Assembly (NCBI RefSeq): GCF_030144855.1
Contig: NC_082719.1
Location: 56,978,001-57,042,000 of the forward strand
Direction: 5' to 3'
DNA length: 64,000 nucleotides
Source of the DNA: Hypanus sabinus
Taxonomy: Eukaryota
Both the position numbers and the translations under genes were made by a program. The notes under the pieces were generated by a model. That model saw only the letters and a list, made by a program, of their open reading frames with translations, did not search any database and was not told the DNA's origin. Shown here in pieces: positions 12,926 to 24,065 of the stretch. Position 1 is the stretch's first letter. Every line of letters begins with the position of its first letter.

Positions 12926-15900
12926 ATCACATTTGTGAATGTTGTGGAATCCTCACTGTGCATGTCCAAATGGGGATCCTCAAAGGAAAATATTAAATTT
13001 CAAGGATAACATTAGACTGCATCCAGGTGAAGGAGACAGCTAATGAGATTCGTTTCACCATCCAGAGAAGGCTTAGAATGCAAACCCGATAATGTGCAGC
13101 TCCACAACATCTTTGGGACAAGTGAGGCACAACTGGACGTGGAATTGACAGCACACACACTGAGTTATTGAGTACATACACAACAAATCTGTTTGCCATA
13201 AATGTGATATAAAGAAACAACTGTCAATAGTTTGCTTGAAAAGTAAGCTAGACCACGGCAAATTCAAATAGCCAAAAGCACAATGCTAGTTCAAAAGATG
13301 AATAGTTCAGTATTGTACAGACAAATAAGTTAGGCGGGAATAAATAAGCTGTTCACACTATTGGAATTTAAATAAGCCTTTCTATACTTTAATATACTTC
13401 GTAGGAAATAGAGCAACTATTCAAATTAACATTAATGCAGCAATTTCACTAAAATTATTGCAGGAAATATAATCCAGCAAGAGGCCACATATTTCTTGCT
13501 CAACAATTGATCAAGCCAGACAAAGGTTTATTCACCAACATATACTCTGATGTCACCAATACATCAGAATTATCCTTGACATAGCACAGCTGCTAGCATT
13601 TTCCAGAGGACAAAGGACAGCTTGCTCCAAGGCCAACCATGCGTTGTAACCTACAGTAATGATACACTTATATCTGGAAAAACGGATCAGGAGCACATGG
13701 AAAATTTAGCATGTATGCGCCAAAAATTCTGTGAAGTATGATTAAGGAAAGACAAGCACCTTTTCTGCCTCAGAAGCAGAGTGTATTGTTTATCAATTAA
13801 ATTTAAGCCCTGGGACAATCCAGGTAAGGACAAGGTCCAAGTAATGCTTAATGAACTTCGTTGGACCAATCTGACAGAGTTGAAGTTAACTCAGAACCTA
13901 GCTATTATGCAGCTTTCTTGTCAATTTTATGACAGGACTTCTAACAAGTTGCTGAATCACAAACTGGAACTGGACAAGGAAAAAAATAACTTTTGTTCTG
14001 GATATTGAATCAGTTTCTGCCGATTCTTGTTCTTGTTCACTGTGATTTAGTGGGCCCACTGCTGTTCTTCTGTGATGCAACACCGTAGGACATTGATATA
14101 GTTTTGTCACACTCCACAGAGAATGAAGATGAGTTGCCAATTGCATCCAGCTCTCGCTCCCTGAACCACCAATGTTACATATAGCCAGGGAAAAAACGCT
14201 TAGCTATAAAATGAAATGGTCCCTGAACTTTCACAGGTCAGACATCTCTGCTGGGTATCTTTTTTCGTAAATTCAAAAAGGATACATCTGATAGCTTAGA
14301 GCTAGACTTTAACATAATCTGCAAATTATTATAGTTCAGAATTGAAGTGTGACTGATATGATCAAAAGGTAGATGCACTGAGCTGATGGACAGTTGATGC
14401 TTTTCCACAACTATATCACTGCTGTAATACACAGACATTAGGCATAGATGTGTGAAAATGATATTTAACCATATTATTAAAGATGGTGCAATCTAAGCAT
14501 CCAGAATAAAGTGGTTCTTTGAAGATCTAGAGTTCTTCTTCCACCATGAGGGACAGCAGAAGATATTCTAAAAGAATTGCCAGGAGCTTTATTTTGTGAT
14601 TTTGTATAAACAGGGCATTGCGAAAGAATTATCATAAGAATCCACCAGCAGCAACTCTCAATCCTTGATTTGGGTGAATAAACCTTGATGGAGAATACAT
14701 GCTTATTTTATAGTTTATTTTATGGTAAAATAATGATTCTTAATAAAAAGAATAGTAATGGATAAATATTCTACATGGATAAAAACAACTCTTATTAGAT
14801 AGCTCTCCATCTCAGAAGACAGGAAGTCGAGCAGTTGTACATAGCTTCATACCTTATGGTCTTAATGGAAAGAGGCATTTTAGACAAAGTTGAAAAGAAA
14901 TTAAACGTGGCCACAATCTGCATATCTTATAGCATATACAATTACAGGACATGTAGTCACAGCCTGCCCATACGCTTCTGATTCTTTGGCCATCTACATC
15001 AGGAAGTTTGGTTACTTGAAAGTTACCCCTAATGCTATATGTGCAAAATCCTCCAAATTCATGGTAAGTGTAAGTGAACATTCAACAATATCCTCTTCCA
15101 AACAAGCAAGTGAGCACCGAAGTCCTGAAAGCATTCAGTTAGCTCTACTGGGCAGTCCATTTCATTCACAAGCCCAACCAACATCAGATGCTCTATTATG
15201 ACCTCTGTCACACGTAGAGATTAGTAGGAAATGCAAGGATGTGCTCAAGGAACATTCCCACTGACTCCATTGACTTCAGGCTCATGGCCATTCAAAGGGA
15301 AGGAGTACTCAAAATGGCAGTGAGAACCTTAAGTCAATACAGCAATCACACAGAAGTGGTAGGAGGAACACAACATCTCAATAGTCCATTTACCAATCCA
15401 TCAGTTACCACCTACCTGGCTGGGAAAAAGTTGTTTGTTCAAATATTAATCTTATTGGTCACTTTGGAATTCAAAAAACTAAAGTAGAATAAGTCATGTT
15501 TAATTCCAAGAAGAAGCTAAACCAAAAGAATACTTCTCAGAACCAGAAGTGTCCTTATATTTGACTGAAACTAGCGTACTGAAGCAGGATGCACCTCAAA
15601 ATGAGATACTACCATCCTCTGGTTATAATACAGTGCCAGCCAATCATAAAAAAAAACAAATAAGCAAACTGACACACACATATAGCTTGGAAAAAGGGAA
15701 GTGCTAATTGGACAATTTTGTTGTTAATATTAAAGCTTTTTGATTATATATTATCTGCAGTAATTTATAATTATTTTCATCCAAGTTAAGCTGACAATCA
15801 TGATAACAAGGGTAGATTTTAAGAAACTGCAGTTATCAATCAGAATCAGATTTATTGTTCCTGTTTTATATGACATGAAATGTGTTATTTTGGGGCAACA

Positions 15901-16908
15901 GTACAGTGCAATGTTCTTTCTTGAATGAGAGCTGCAAAGTAGAAACCAATTCATACATAGAATTCCATCTAGTTTTAATGTTGAATAATGAGATGTTTTC
16001 ATACATTCAACACTGCTGTTATGATAGGGCTGTTGTTTTATATTGCCTAAGTGGTGCAAGTGGTGAAAATTGTGTAGCTCTGTTTGTGCAACGAGTTAAG
16101 ATAGTCCTAAGAGAACAAGCGAGTTCCCTTTTGATATTTTGATTCAGTGAGTCAATACAAAGTTTTCTAAAAGGATTCAAATACAAGATAATAGTACAGG
16201 ATAATAAATTATCTCGCTACACCGACATGGGTTAAACACTTAAAAATGAGAATTTATGGAAATAATTGATCTAACTTTTTTCTCTTAAAAGTCATAAATA
16301 TTAATACCTCATTCTGCCTGTGCTCACAACTCTCACAATGACTTAAAGCAAAACCTCTCCCCTCCAACTGCCTAGTTGTTCATATTGGCTAAGTCAGGCA
16401 GAGATGTAGACATGTGGACAGAGAAAATCTGGCCTCTTGATCTCTCCCTTAACTCTATCTAATGAGGATGTCTGTAGAGCTGCCTGCTGAAATTACTAGC
16501 TTGAATAATATCTACCACTGTATGAGAGTTTACAACTACATTTTCTGCTTAGCTGAGCTCTGTGATTGGTGCATCAGAGGAAAACCACTCTCATATTAAG
16601 AAGATAAATTGCTCTGCGATGTGCTAAGTGATTCCCCATCATATCATGACTGATGTGGTATTTCAAAGTACATAGTTTTTGCTCTTCCTATTTATATCTG
16701 AAAATTGGGTCTCACAACCATTGTAGTATCTTGACTCCACTATGCAGGTATCCTCCCACCCAATTTAGAAAGGCTCGCTATGCATCATTTACAGTTTTGC
16801 TTGAAACAAGCATTCCAGTGGCATTTCACGTACTCTCACCTCAATTTTCTAATGCTTGCACCCATTTTTCAATGATAAAACAAGTGAGAATCGAAAATTG
16901 CTTCCACT

Positions 16909-17493
16909 TGTACAATGTCCTGGGTATGTTACTCAAAATGGCCTCTTTGGTTTGTTACAAGTAGGAATGTTTCTTTGTCGGATAAGTGTTTCTCTCGCCA
17001 TTGTTTCACTTTAGAATGGCTGATATGGTAATTGTATTCATTTGTTAATCAATGGGGAATGTCATTGTGTCTTGTGATGCTGGGAACTTGGGGGAGGGGT
17101 TTTCGCGGGTTTTTTGGAGAGGCCGAGGAAGGTGGATGTGTGCTGGACTGCTCGTAAGACCACCGGGGTGGTCCCAGGTGCGACGGCCGGATGGGTCGAT
17201 TGGTTCTTTGATTGAGCTCCAACGAGTGCACTAAACAGACTGAACTTTGATAAGTTGGCGCCTTTTGTTTTTTTCCTTGTATATATATATATTGTATTGC
17301 CTACTATTTTTTTAATTTTAGTAAACTCTTTAAAGTGTATTTCATAACGGTATTTGTTGTGGGTTTGATACTGTTGGTGGGCGCGAGGCATTAACTCGAT
17401 TCTCACAGCACCTGCGTGTACAGGAGGTGGGTTGGAGAGTGGCTGGATCTCCTTTTCCCCTAGACATATACCAGCCTGTGGGTAAGGGTTACA
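16909..17493 (+). repeat. 5' LTR (585 bp)
   Basis: tgtacaatgtcc...gggttaca; near-identical to 23448-24065. Confidence 0.97.
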
Positions 17494-17497
17494 TTTG

Positions 17498-17516
17498 TGG
17501 GGTGCTCGTCCCGGAT
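17498..17516 (+). promoter_or_regulatory. Primer-binding site, tRNA-Pro-like
   Basis: TGGGGTGCTCGTCCCGGAT 4 nt after the LTR, versus the canonical Pro PBS TGGGGGCTCGTCCGGGAT (one insertion, one mismatch). Confidence 0.8.
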
Positions 17517-17560
17517 TGGATTGTCAGGGGCTGTGGAGTCGCGCAGGCAGCAGAGCGGAG

Positions 17561-18949
17561 ATGGACAGAGATAAGATTTTTTGTTGGTGCCAGTTTGAAG
17601 GTGTACCAGTACAGTACGCATGCGTAGTGAGCGGAGTGGATGTTCGAGTTTCGGGAGACGTGATAGTGCGGGGTTTAAGTTCGGTGAAGGGTATTGGGCA
17701 GGTAGAATTGGTAGCTAGACGGTGTGGTAAAGAGGTGGAGTCTAGCTGGGTGTTGGTTCGTACGAGTGCTGAAGTCAGGACGGTGGAACTGCAGGCGACG
17801 GTCAGTGTACCAGGGGAGAAGGGGCCGTGGGGGCTCCACTCCTACCAGGATGAGGCTGAGGAAACATCGGGGGAAGAGCTAGAGCTAGAGGTGGACCCCA
17901 GAGAGGTGCCCAGCACTAGTAAAGGGAGGTGGGAGGAGGGAGTTGTGACTAAGCCCCGCTCCCCAGGTAGGGTGGAAGCCTCGGAGCTGGCAGCCGCGCT
18001 TTACTCCCTGGTGGGGGTGGCCGAGAGGCCACGGCTGAAGCTGGAGATGTTCTCCGGAGCCAAGCCTACTCCGGATGGGGAGGTGGACTATGAGACCTGG
18101 ATCGAGCATACGTCTTTGATGTTAGAGGAGTGGCCAGGCTCAGAGGAGGAGAAGAGGCAGCGATTGGTGGGAAGTTTGAGGGGTTTAGCAGCCAAAACCG
18201 TCCGGGAGTTGAAAGCTGAGAAGCCTGGGGCCTCAGTGGAGGAATGCCTAGAAGTTTTGGAGGGAGCGTTTGGGTTGTCAGGGGAACCCTGGCTGCTTTT
18301 AGCAGAGTTTCAACGCCTGGAACAATGGAGAGGGGAAAAGCCCTCCGAGTACATATTTAGGATGGAGGGGATGCTCTCGGGGCTGCGGCGCCGGGGGGTA
18401 GTGAAGGCGACTGACGTGGCTAGCGTGAGGATGAGTCAGCTATTCAGTGGCTCTCTGGAGGAGGACAAGGTGGCGTGGACTATCCGGCAGGCTTATAGGA
18501 AAGGTCCCCCTCCATCCTTCGGGCAACTGATTAGAGAGGTGCGAGAGGAAGAGAGAGCGTTGGGGTGGAAAAGGGGCACGGGCCTACGGGAGCGATCCTC
18601 AGCGATACAGGAAGTGGTGGCTGAGTGGAGGAATGACAATCCCCCGGGGAGTAGGGAACCCCCTTTGGAGGGGAGGGACAGGGGAGGTACCTACTCTCAG
18701 GGGCGATCAGTGCAGTGGATTGGGAGCAGGAGCCATCCTGGGAGAGGAGGGGTGACCGGCAGTGTGTGCTTTAACTGTGGGAAAGAGGGGCATTTCAGGC
18801 GGGACTGTGGGCGGCTGAGGGTGTGCTATAGCTGTGGAGAGGAGGGTCACTTTAGGTGGGATTGTGAGAGACAAGGAGTCCCGCGGAGGACAAGCCCCCC
18901 TATGACTAAAAAGGGAGAGATGTCGGGAAACTTAGGAGAGGCTCAGTGA
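17561..18949 (+). CDS. gag: Gag, PNMA (paraneoplastic Ma)-like capsid protein with two CCHC zinc knuckles, 462 aa, uninterrupted
   Basis: First ATG at 17561 (MDRDKIFCWC). PNMA-like capsid motifs KLEMFSGAKPTPDGEVDYETWIEH...EKRQRLVGSLRG and QWRGEKPSEYIFRME. Knuckles CFNCGKEGHFRRDC and CYSCGEEGHFRWDC. Confidence 0.9.
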   Translation: MDRDKIFCWCQFEGVPVQYACVVSGVDVRVSGDVIVRGLSSVKGIGQVELVARRCGKEVESSWVLVRTSAEVRTVELQATVSVPGEKGPWGLHSYQDEAEETSGEELELEVDPREVPSTSKGRWEEGVVTKPRSPGRVEASELAAALYSLVGVAERPRLKLEMFSGAKPTPDGEVDYETWIEHTSLMLEEWPGSEEEKRQRLVGSLRGLAAKTVRELKAEKPGASVEECLEVLEGAFGLSGEPWLLLAEFQRLEQWRGEKPSEYIFRMEGMLSGLRRRGVVKATDVASVRMSQLFSGSLEEDKVAWTIRQAYRKGPPPSFGQLIREVREEERALGWKRGTGLRERSSAIQEVVAEWRNDNPPGSREPPLEGRDRGGTYSQGRSVQWIGSRSHPGRGGVTGSVCFNCGKEGHFRRDCGRLRVCYSCGEEGHFRWDCERQGVPRRTSPPMTKKGEMSGNLGEAQ

Positions 18950-18985
18950 GGGAACGGACTGGAGCCTCTGGAGGAACACGTTCCC
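18925..18985 (+). promoter_or_regulatory. -1 programmed ribosomal frameshift signal: G GGA AAC plus H-type pseudoknot
   Basis: Heptamer 18925-18931 in correct phase with gag; 5-nt spacer; stem 1 AGAGGCTCAGT (18937-18947) / ACTGGAGCCTCT (18958-18969); stem 2 GGGAACG (18950-18956) / CGTTCCC (18979-18985). Confidence 0.85.
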
Positions 18986-21900
18986 AGATATCAGCCGGAA
19001 GACCACCGGGTGCCCACGCCTCCGGATGGGCTGGTAGGACCCCGTGCCAGTGTGGGTCTACGGATAGAGGGAATTTACGCAAAAGCTGTTCTTGATACGG
19101 GATCGCAGGTGACCTTATTGTACCGGTCTTTCTACAATCAATATCTAAAGCATTTGCCCGTAACACCATTTGCCGCCCTGCAGATTTGGGGTGTGAGCGA
19201 GGGTGACTACCCGTACGATGGGTACCTATTGGTGAGATTGGAGTTCTCGGAGGGCGATGTGGGAGTGTCGGAAGCTATTGAGACGTTGGTGTTGGTGTGT
19301 CCTGACCCGGTGGAAACCGGTGGTGCTGCCCTCCTGGTGGGGACTAACTCCCCAGTTGTGCGACGGCTCCTGGGAGCTTGTAAGGAGAAAGGGGGGGGAA
19401 GACTTTCTGGAGACCCTCTCGGTGCATCCAGTGTTTCGAGCAGTGTTCGCAGAAGGGGTTGCCTCCCAAGGGCTGGACCCGGAGTGTAAACGAGGGACGG
19501 TGTGGTGTATGCAGGCGAGGCCCAAGGTGATCCGACCAGGGGAGGTAGCACTAGTGATGGGGACCCCCAGATTCCCAGGAGTGCCGACGGGAGAAGCCCT
19601 GTTAGTAGACATCCCAGACGATCTTGAAGGGGAGACCCGATTTCCGGCGGGGGCGCTGGTGAGGCCCAAAGTGCAGAGACCAGGGGTGGTACATGCGAGG
19701 CGTATAGCTATAAGTGTCAGGAACACCACGGCAAGAGAAATCACCTTTAAGAGGGGAATGCCACTGGCACATCTGTTCCCGGTGACGGTAATGTCTAGCG
19801 CACCAGTGAGGACCCCTAACGGGGAGGGATCGGAGCATCGAAGGGAGCTGACCGCTGAAGCCTTTAACTTCGGGGATTCCCCTGCGTCGCCGGAGTGGAA
19901 ACATTGGCTAGTGGAGAAGATGCTGAAGATGGAAACTGTTTTTTCTCGGGGCGAGTTTGATGTTGGCTGCGCCAAAAGCACTCGCCACACCATCCGGGTG
20001 ACGGAGGACACCCCGTTCCGAGAGAGATCCCGGCGGCTGGCTCTGGCAGATGTTGAGGGTGTGTGACAGCACTTGTGCAAGTTGAAGGAGGCAGGAATCA
20101 TAGCTGAGTCTCAAAGTCCCTATGCGTCCCCAATAGTGGTGGCACGGAAGAAGAATGGGTGAGTGCGCATGTGTGTTGACTACAGGACATTGAATCGGCG
20201 AACTGTCCCTGATCAATATACTGTCCCAAGAGTCGAGGATGCGTTGGCCTGCCTGAGCGGTGCGAAGTGGTTCAGTGTGCTGGATTTAAGAAGTGGGTAT
20301 TACCAGATCCCGATGAGTGCGGCCGATAAAGAGAAGACCGCTTTTACCTGCCCGCTGGGGTTCTTTCAGTTCGAACGAATGCCCCAAGGCATATCGGGTG
20401 CCCCAGCCACCTTCCAGAGGCTCATGGAGAGAACTGTGGGGGATATGAATCTGTTGGAGGTGCTGGTGTACCTGGACGATTTGATAGTGTTTGGATCGAC
20501 TTTGGAGGAACATGAGGAGAGGCTGTTGAAGGTGTTGGGCCGGCTTAATGAAGAAGGGTTGAAGCTTTCCCTGGACAAATGCCAGTTCTGCAAGTCGTCG
20601 GTTAACTACATTGGCCATATCATTTTGCGAGAGGGAGTGGCTACTGATCCAACCAAGATAGAGGCCGTGACCACCTGGCCGAGACCCCAGAAAGTGGGTG
20701 CTCTGTGCTCATTTTTGGGGTTCTGTGGGTATTACCGGCGATTTGTGAAAGGATAAGCCAAAGTGTGTCACCCGTTGACTCAGCTGTTGTGTGGCTATCC
20801 CCCGGTGGGGAAGAAGAGGACGGGGAACCAGAGGCAGGACGCTGGAGGATACTGGAACCCGGCGGAACCTTTTGGCTTGAGATGGGATGATCAATGTGAA
20901 GAGGCGTTCCGATCTTTGAAAAGGGCACTGACCCAGGCCCCGGTGTTGGCTTTTGCCGATCCCCAGAAGCCATATGTGCTGCACACGGATGCCAGCCGAG
21001 AGGGTCTCGGGGCTGTTCTGTACCAGGAGCATGGCAAAGCATTGAGGCCGGTAGCCTTTGTCAGCCGAAGCTTGTCGCCATCGGAGAGAAACTATCCCAC
21101 TCACAAGTTGGAGTTCCTGGCGCTGAAGTGGGCGGTGGTGGACAAGCTGGGCGATTACCTGTACAGAGCCAAGTTTGAGGTGAGAACGGATAACAATCCT
21201 CTCACTTATATTTTGACTTCGGCGAAGCTGGATGCCACAGGACATCGGTGGCTGGCGGCCTTGTCGGTATATGATTTCAGCCTGAGGTACCGCCCCGGAA
21301 GCAAGAATGTCGATGCGGATGCATTGTCTTGTCGGGAGCCGGGGGAGGAGGAGAGGGACGAGGAGTGGGAGAGTGTCCCTGCCCCTGGAGTGAAGGCGAT
21401 GTGTCAGTTTGTTATCACCGTGAAGACTGAGGGAAGAGGGAGGCTGGAACGGGCCGTGGACCATTTGGGGGTTTTTGACGATGCCATACCCCTAGTTTAC
21501 TGTGACCTGACTGCTCTGGGGACTAAACAGTTGCCGGAACTGAGTCCGGGGGAAGTGGCAACTGCTCAGCAAAATGACCCGGGCATTGGCACAGTGTGGA
21601 GAGCGGTCGAGAAGGGGGATGGGGCGTTGGCTGAGAAGGCGAAACACCCATGCGTGCCTCTGTTGTTGAAGGAGTGGTCTCGGTTGAAGTTAAAGAACAA
21701 AATCTTGTACCGGGTAACGACGCATCCGGACCAACCCCGCTGTTGGCAACTGGTCCTGCCGGAGGAGTATCGCCAGGCTGTACTCCAGGCCTTACATGAT
21801 GATTCTGGACACTTGGGGGTGGAAAAGACATATGGATTGCTCAAAGACCGGTTCTACTGGCCCCGGATGAGGGGGGACATCGAAGAATGCTGTAGGGGAT

Positions 21901-23426
21901 GCCGTCGTTGCATCCAGAGGAAGACCCTGCCAGCGTTGACGGCTCCACTGTCGCACTTGCAGAGTGCGGGACCTCTGGACCTGGTATGTATGGATTTCCT
22001 GTCGATTGAGCCTGACACCAGCAACACCGCGAATGTATTAGTCATCACCGATCATTACACTCGCTATGCTCAGGCATTTCCCACCAAGGATCAGAAGGCG
22101 ACGACAGTGGCGAAAGTGTTATGGGAGAAGTACTTTGTGCATTACGGCCTTCCCAGGCGAATCCATAGTGATCAGGGGCGGGACTTTGAGAGCCGCCTTA
22201 TCCAGGAATTACTGACTATGCTTGGGGTTGAGAAATCCAGGACTACCCCTTACCACCCACAGGGAGATCCTCAGCCAGAGAGATTCAACAGGACCCTGTT
22301 GGATATGCTCGGGACGCTGGAGATTGGGCAGAAAAGCAGGTGGAGTCGTCATATTGGACAACTGGTTCACTGTTACAATTGTACTCGCAATGATGCTACA
22401 GGGTATTCGCCCTATTATCTGATGTTCGTGCGGGAAGCGAGGTTGCCCATTGACGTGTGTTTTGGAGGTGGAGTGGGTGAATTTCCCGGGAAGTCCCATT
22501 TAAAGTACGTGTCCGACATGAAGAGGGAGTTACAGCGGGCGTACGAGTTGGCCGAGGCGGCGGCTACCAAACAAAATCAGAAGAATAAGATGCGGTATGA
22601 TCGAAAGGTGAAGTTTGTACAATTATTACCGGGCGACCGGGTCCTTTTACGGAATTTGGGACTCCCTGGTAAGCACAAGTTGGCAGATCGATGGGCGGCC
22701 AGCCCCTATGTAATAGAGAGCCAGATGCCGAACCTGCCCGTTTACCGGGTGAAACCTGAGGATGGAAAAGGGCCTATCAAGGTACTCCATAGGAATCACC
22801 TGCTGCCACTGGGTCAAGCGGTGCAGGTGGATAAGGAGCCCGAGTGGGAGGTTACGCCCAGTACAAGGACTCTGCGAGGGCGCGGAGAACGGGAAGAGCC
22901 CGCTGCTGAAGAGCGGGGACGGGTCCCTCACCCGGGAATGGCTACCGATTCAGAGGAGGACGACTCAGATGAGTGGGTCCTGTTCCCATTCGCTGGTGCT
23001 CCAGTACCAGGAGAGGAGGCTCCTGGCCCTTCCCATACTGAATTGGGTGAGAGGAGGGAAGGTCTTGAGGGTCAGATGGAGAGGCAGCCTACATTGGTGG
23101 GAGAGAGGGTGGAACCCGAGCGTGAGCCAGAGAGATCTCAGGTGAGGGAGGACCCCTGTGAGGAAGGGCGTGCGGGTCTGTCAGGTAGACCTGGGGTGTC
23201 CGAGACAGTGGGTTCGCAGGTGACGAGGGAGCCCAGTGGGGCAGAAGGGGTATGGAGATCTCAGAGGATTAGGCGCCCCCCGGAGCGGTTGACTTATGTG
23301 GTACCGGGAGAACCGAGTGTGATTTCTACTGCTCTGGGTAGTTATGTCACTGCTTTCTGCACCTGGGTTGGGTTTTGTATGTTGCAAGAAGCTTTGGGGA
23401 CCTCTAGTAATGCCATGAGGGGATGA
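18931..23426 (+). pseudogene. pol: Pol polyprotein (aspartic protease, RT, RNase H, integrase), disrupted in PR-RT
   Basis: PR LDTGSQVT; RT RMCVDYRTLN, LDLRSGYYQI, MPQG, YLDD; RH TDAS, TDN; IN HDDSGH..CRRC, MDF, SDQG, PER. Extra G in the G8 run 19391-19398; stops ending at 20066, 20162 and 20756. 20763-23426 is open for 887 aa. Confidence 0.95.
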
Positions 23427-23437
23427 CATTTGCTGGT

Positions 23438-23447
23438 GGGGAGAGAA
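23438..23447 (+). promoter_or_regulatory. Polypurine tract
   Basis: GGGGAGAGAA directly abutting the 3' LTR. Confidence 0.85.
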
Positions 23448-24065
23448 TGTACAATGTCCTGGGTATGTTACTCAAAATGGCCTCTTTGGTTTGTTACAGG
23501 TAGGAATGTTTCTTTGTCGGATAAGTGTTTCTCTCGCCGTTGTTTCACTTTAGAATGGCTGATATGGTAATTGCATTCATTTGTTAATCAATGGGGAATG
23601 TCATTGTGTCTTGTGATGCTGGGAACTTGGGGGAGGGGTTTTCGCGGGTTTTTTGGAGAGGCCGAGGAAGACGCTGAGGAAGGTGGACGTGTGCTGGACT
23701 GCTCGTAAGACCACCGGGGTGGTCCCAGGTGCGACGGCCGGATGGGTCGATTGGTTCGTTGATTGAGCTCCAACGAGTGCACTAAACAGACTGAACTTTG
23801 ATAAGTTGGCGCCTTTTGTTTTTTTCCTTGTACGTATATATATATATATATATATATATATTGTATTGCCTACTATTTTTTTTAATTTTAGTAAACTCTT
23901 TAAAGTGTATTTCATAACGGTATTTGTTGTGGGTTTGATACTGTTGGCGGGCGCGAGGCATTAACTCGATTCTCACAGCACCTGCGTGTACGGGAGGTGG
24001 GTTGGAGAGTGGCTGGATCTCCTTTTTCCCCTAGACATATACCAGCCTGTTGGGTAAGGGTTACA
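23448..24065 (+). repeat. 3' LTR (618 bp)
   Basis: Copy of the 5' LTR with an extra 12 bp (gacgctgaggaa) and a longer (TA)n. Confidence 0.97.

Larger units (their letters stand above)
16909..24065 (+). mobile_element. Full-length Ty3/Gypsy LTR retrotransposon with PNMA-like Gag
   Basis: Paired TG...CA LTRs, 4-bp TSD CACT (16905-16908 / 24066-24069), PBS, PPT, domain order gag-PR-RT-RH-IN, no env. Confidence 0.97.

Noticed and set aside
17049-17406. Duplicated minus-strand ORFs (also 23588-23976)
   Set aside because: Duplicated only because they lie in the LTRs; the frames differ between LTRs after indels.
19226-21844. Long antisense ORFs (291, 251, 133 aa) as extra retroelement genes
   Set aside because: Expected shadows of a GC-rich pol; no motifs.
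22810-23426. env gene in the Gypsy element
   Set aside because: Pol runs to the PPT; there is no separate ORF, signal peptide or fusion motif.
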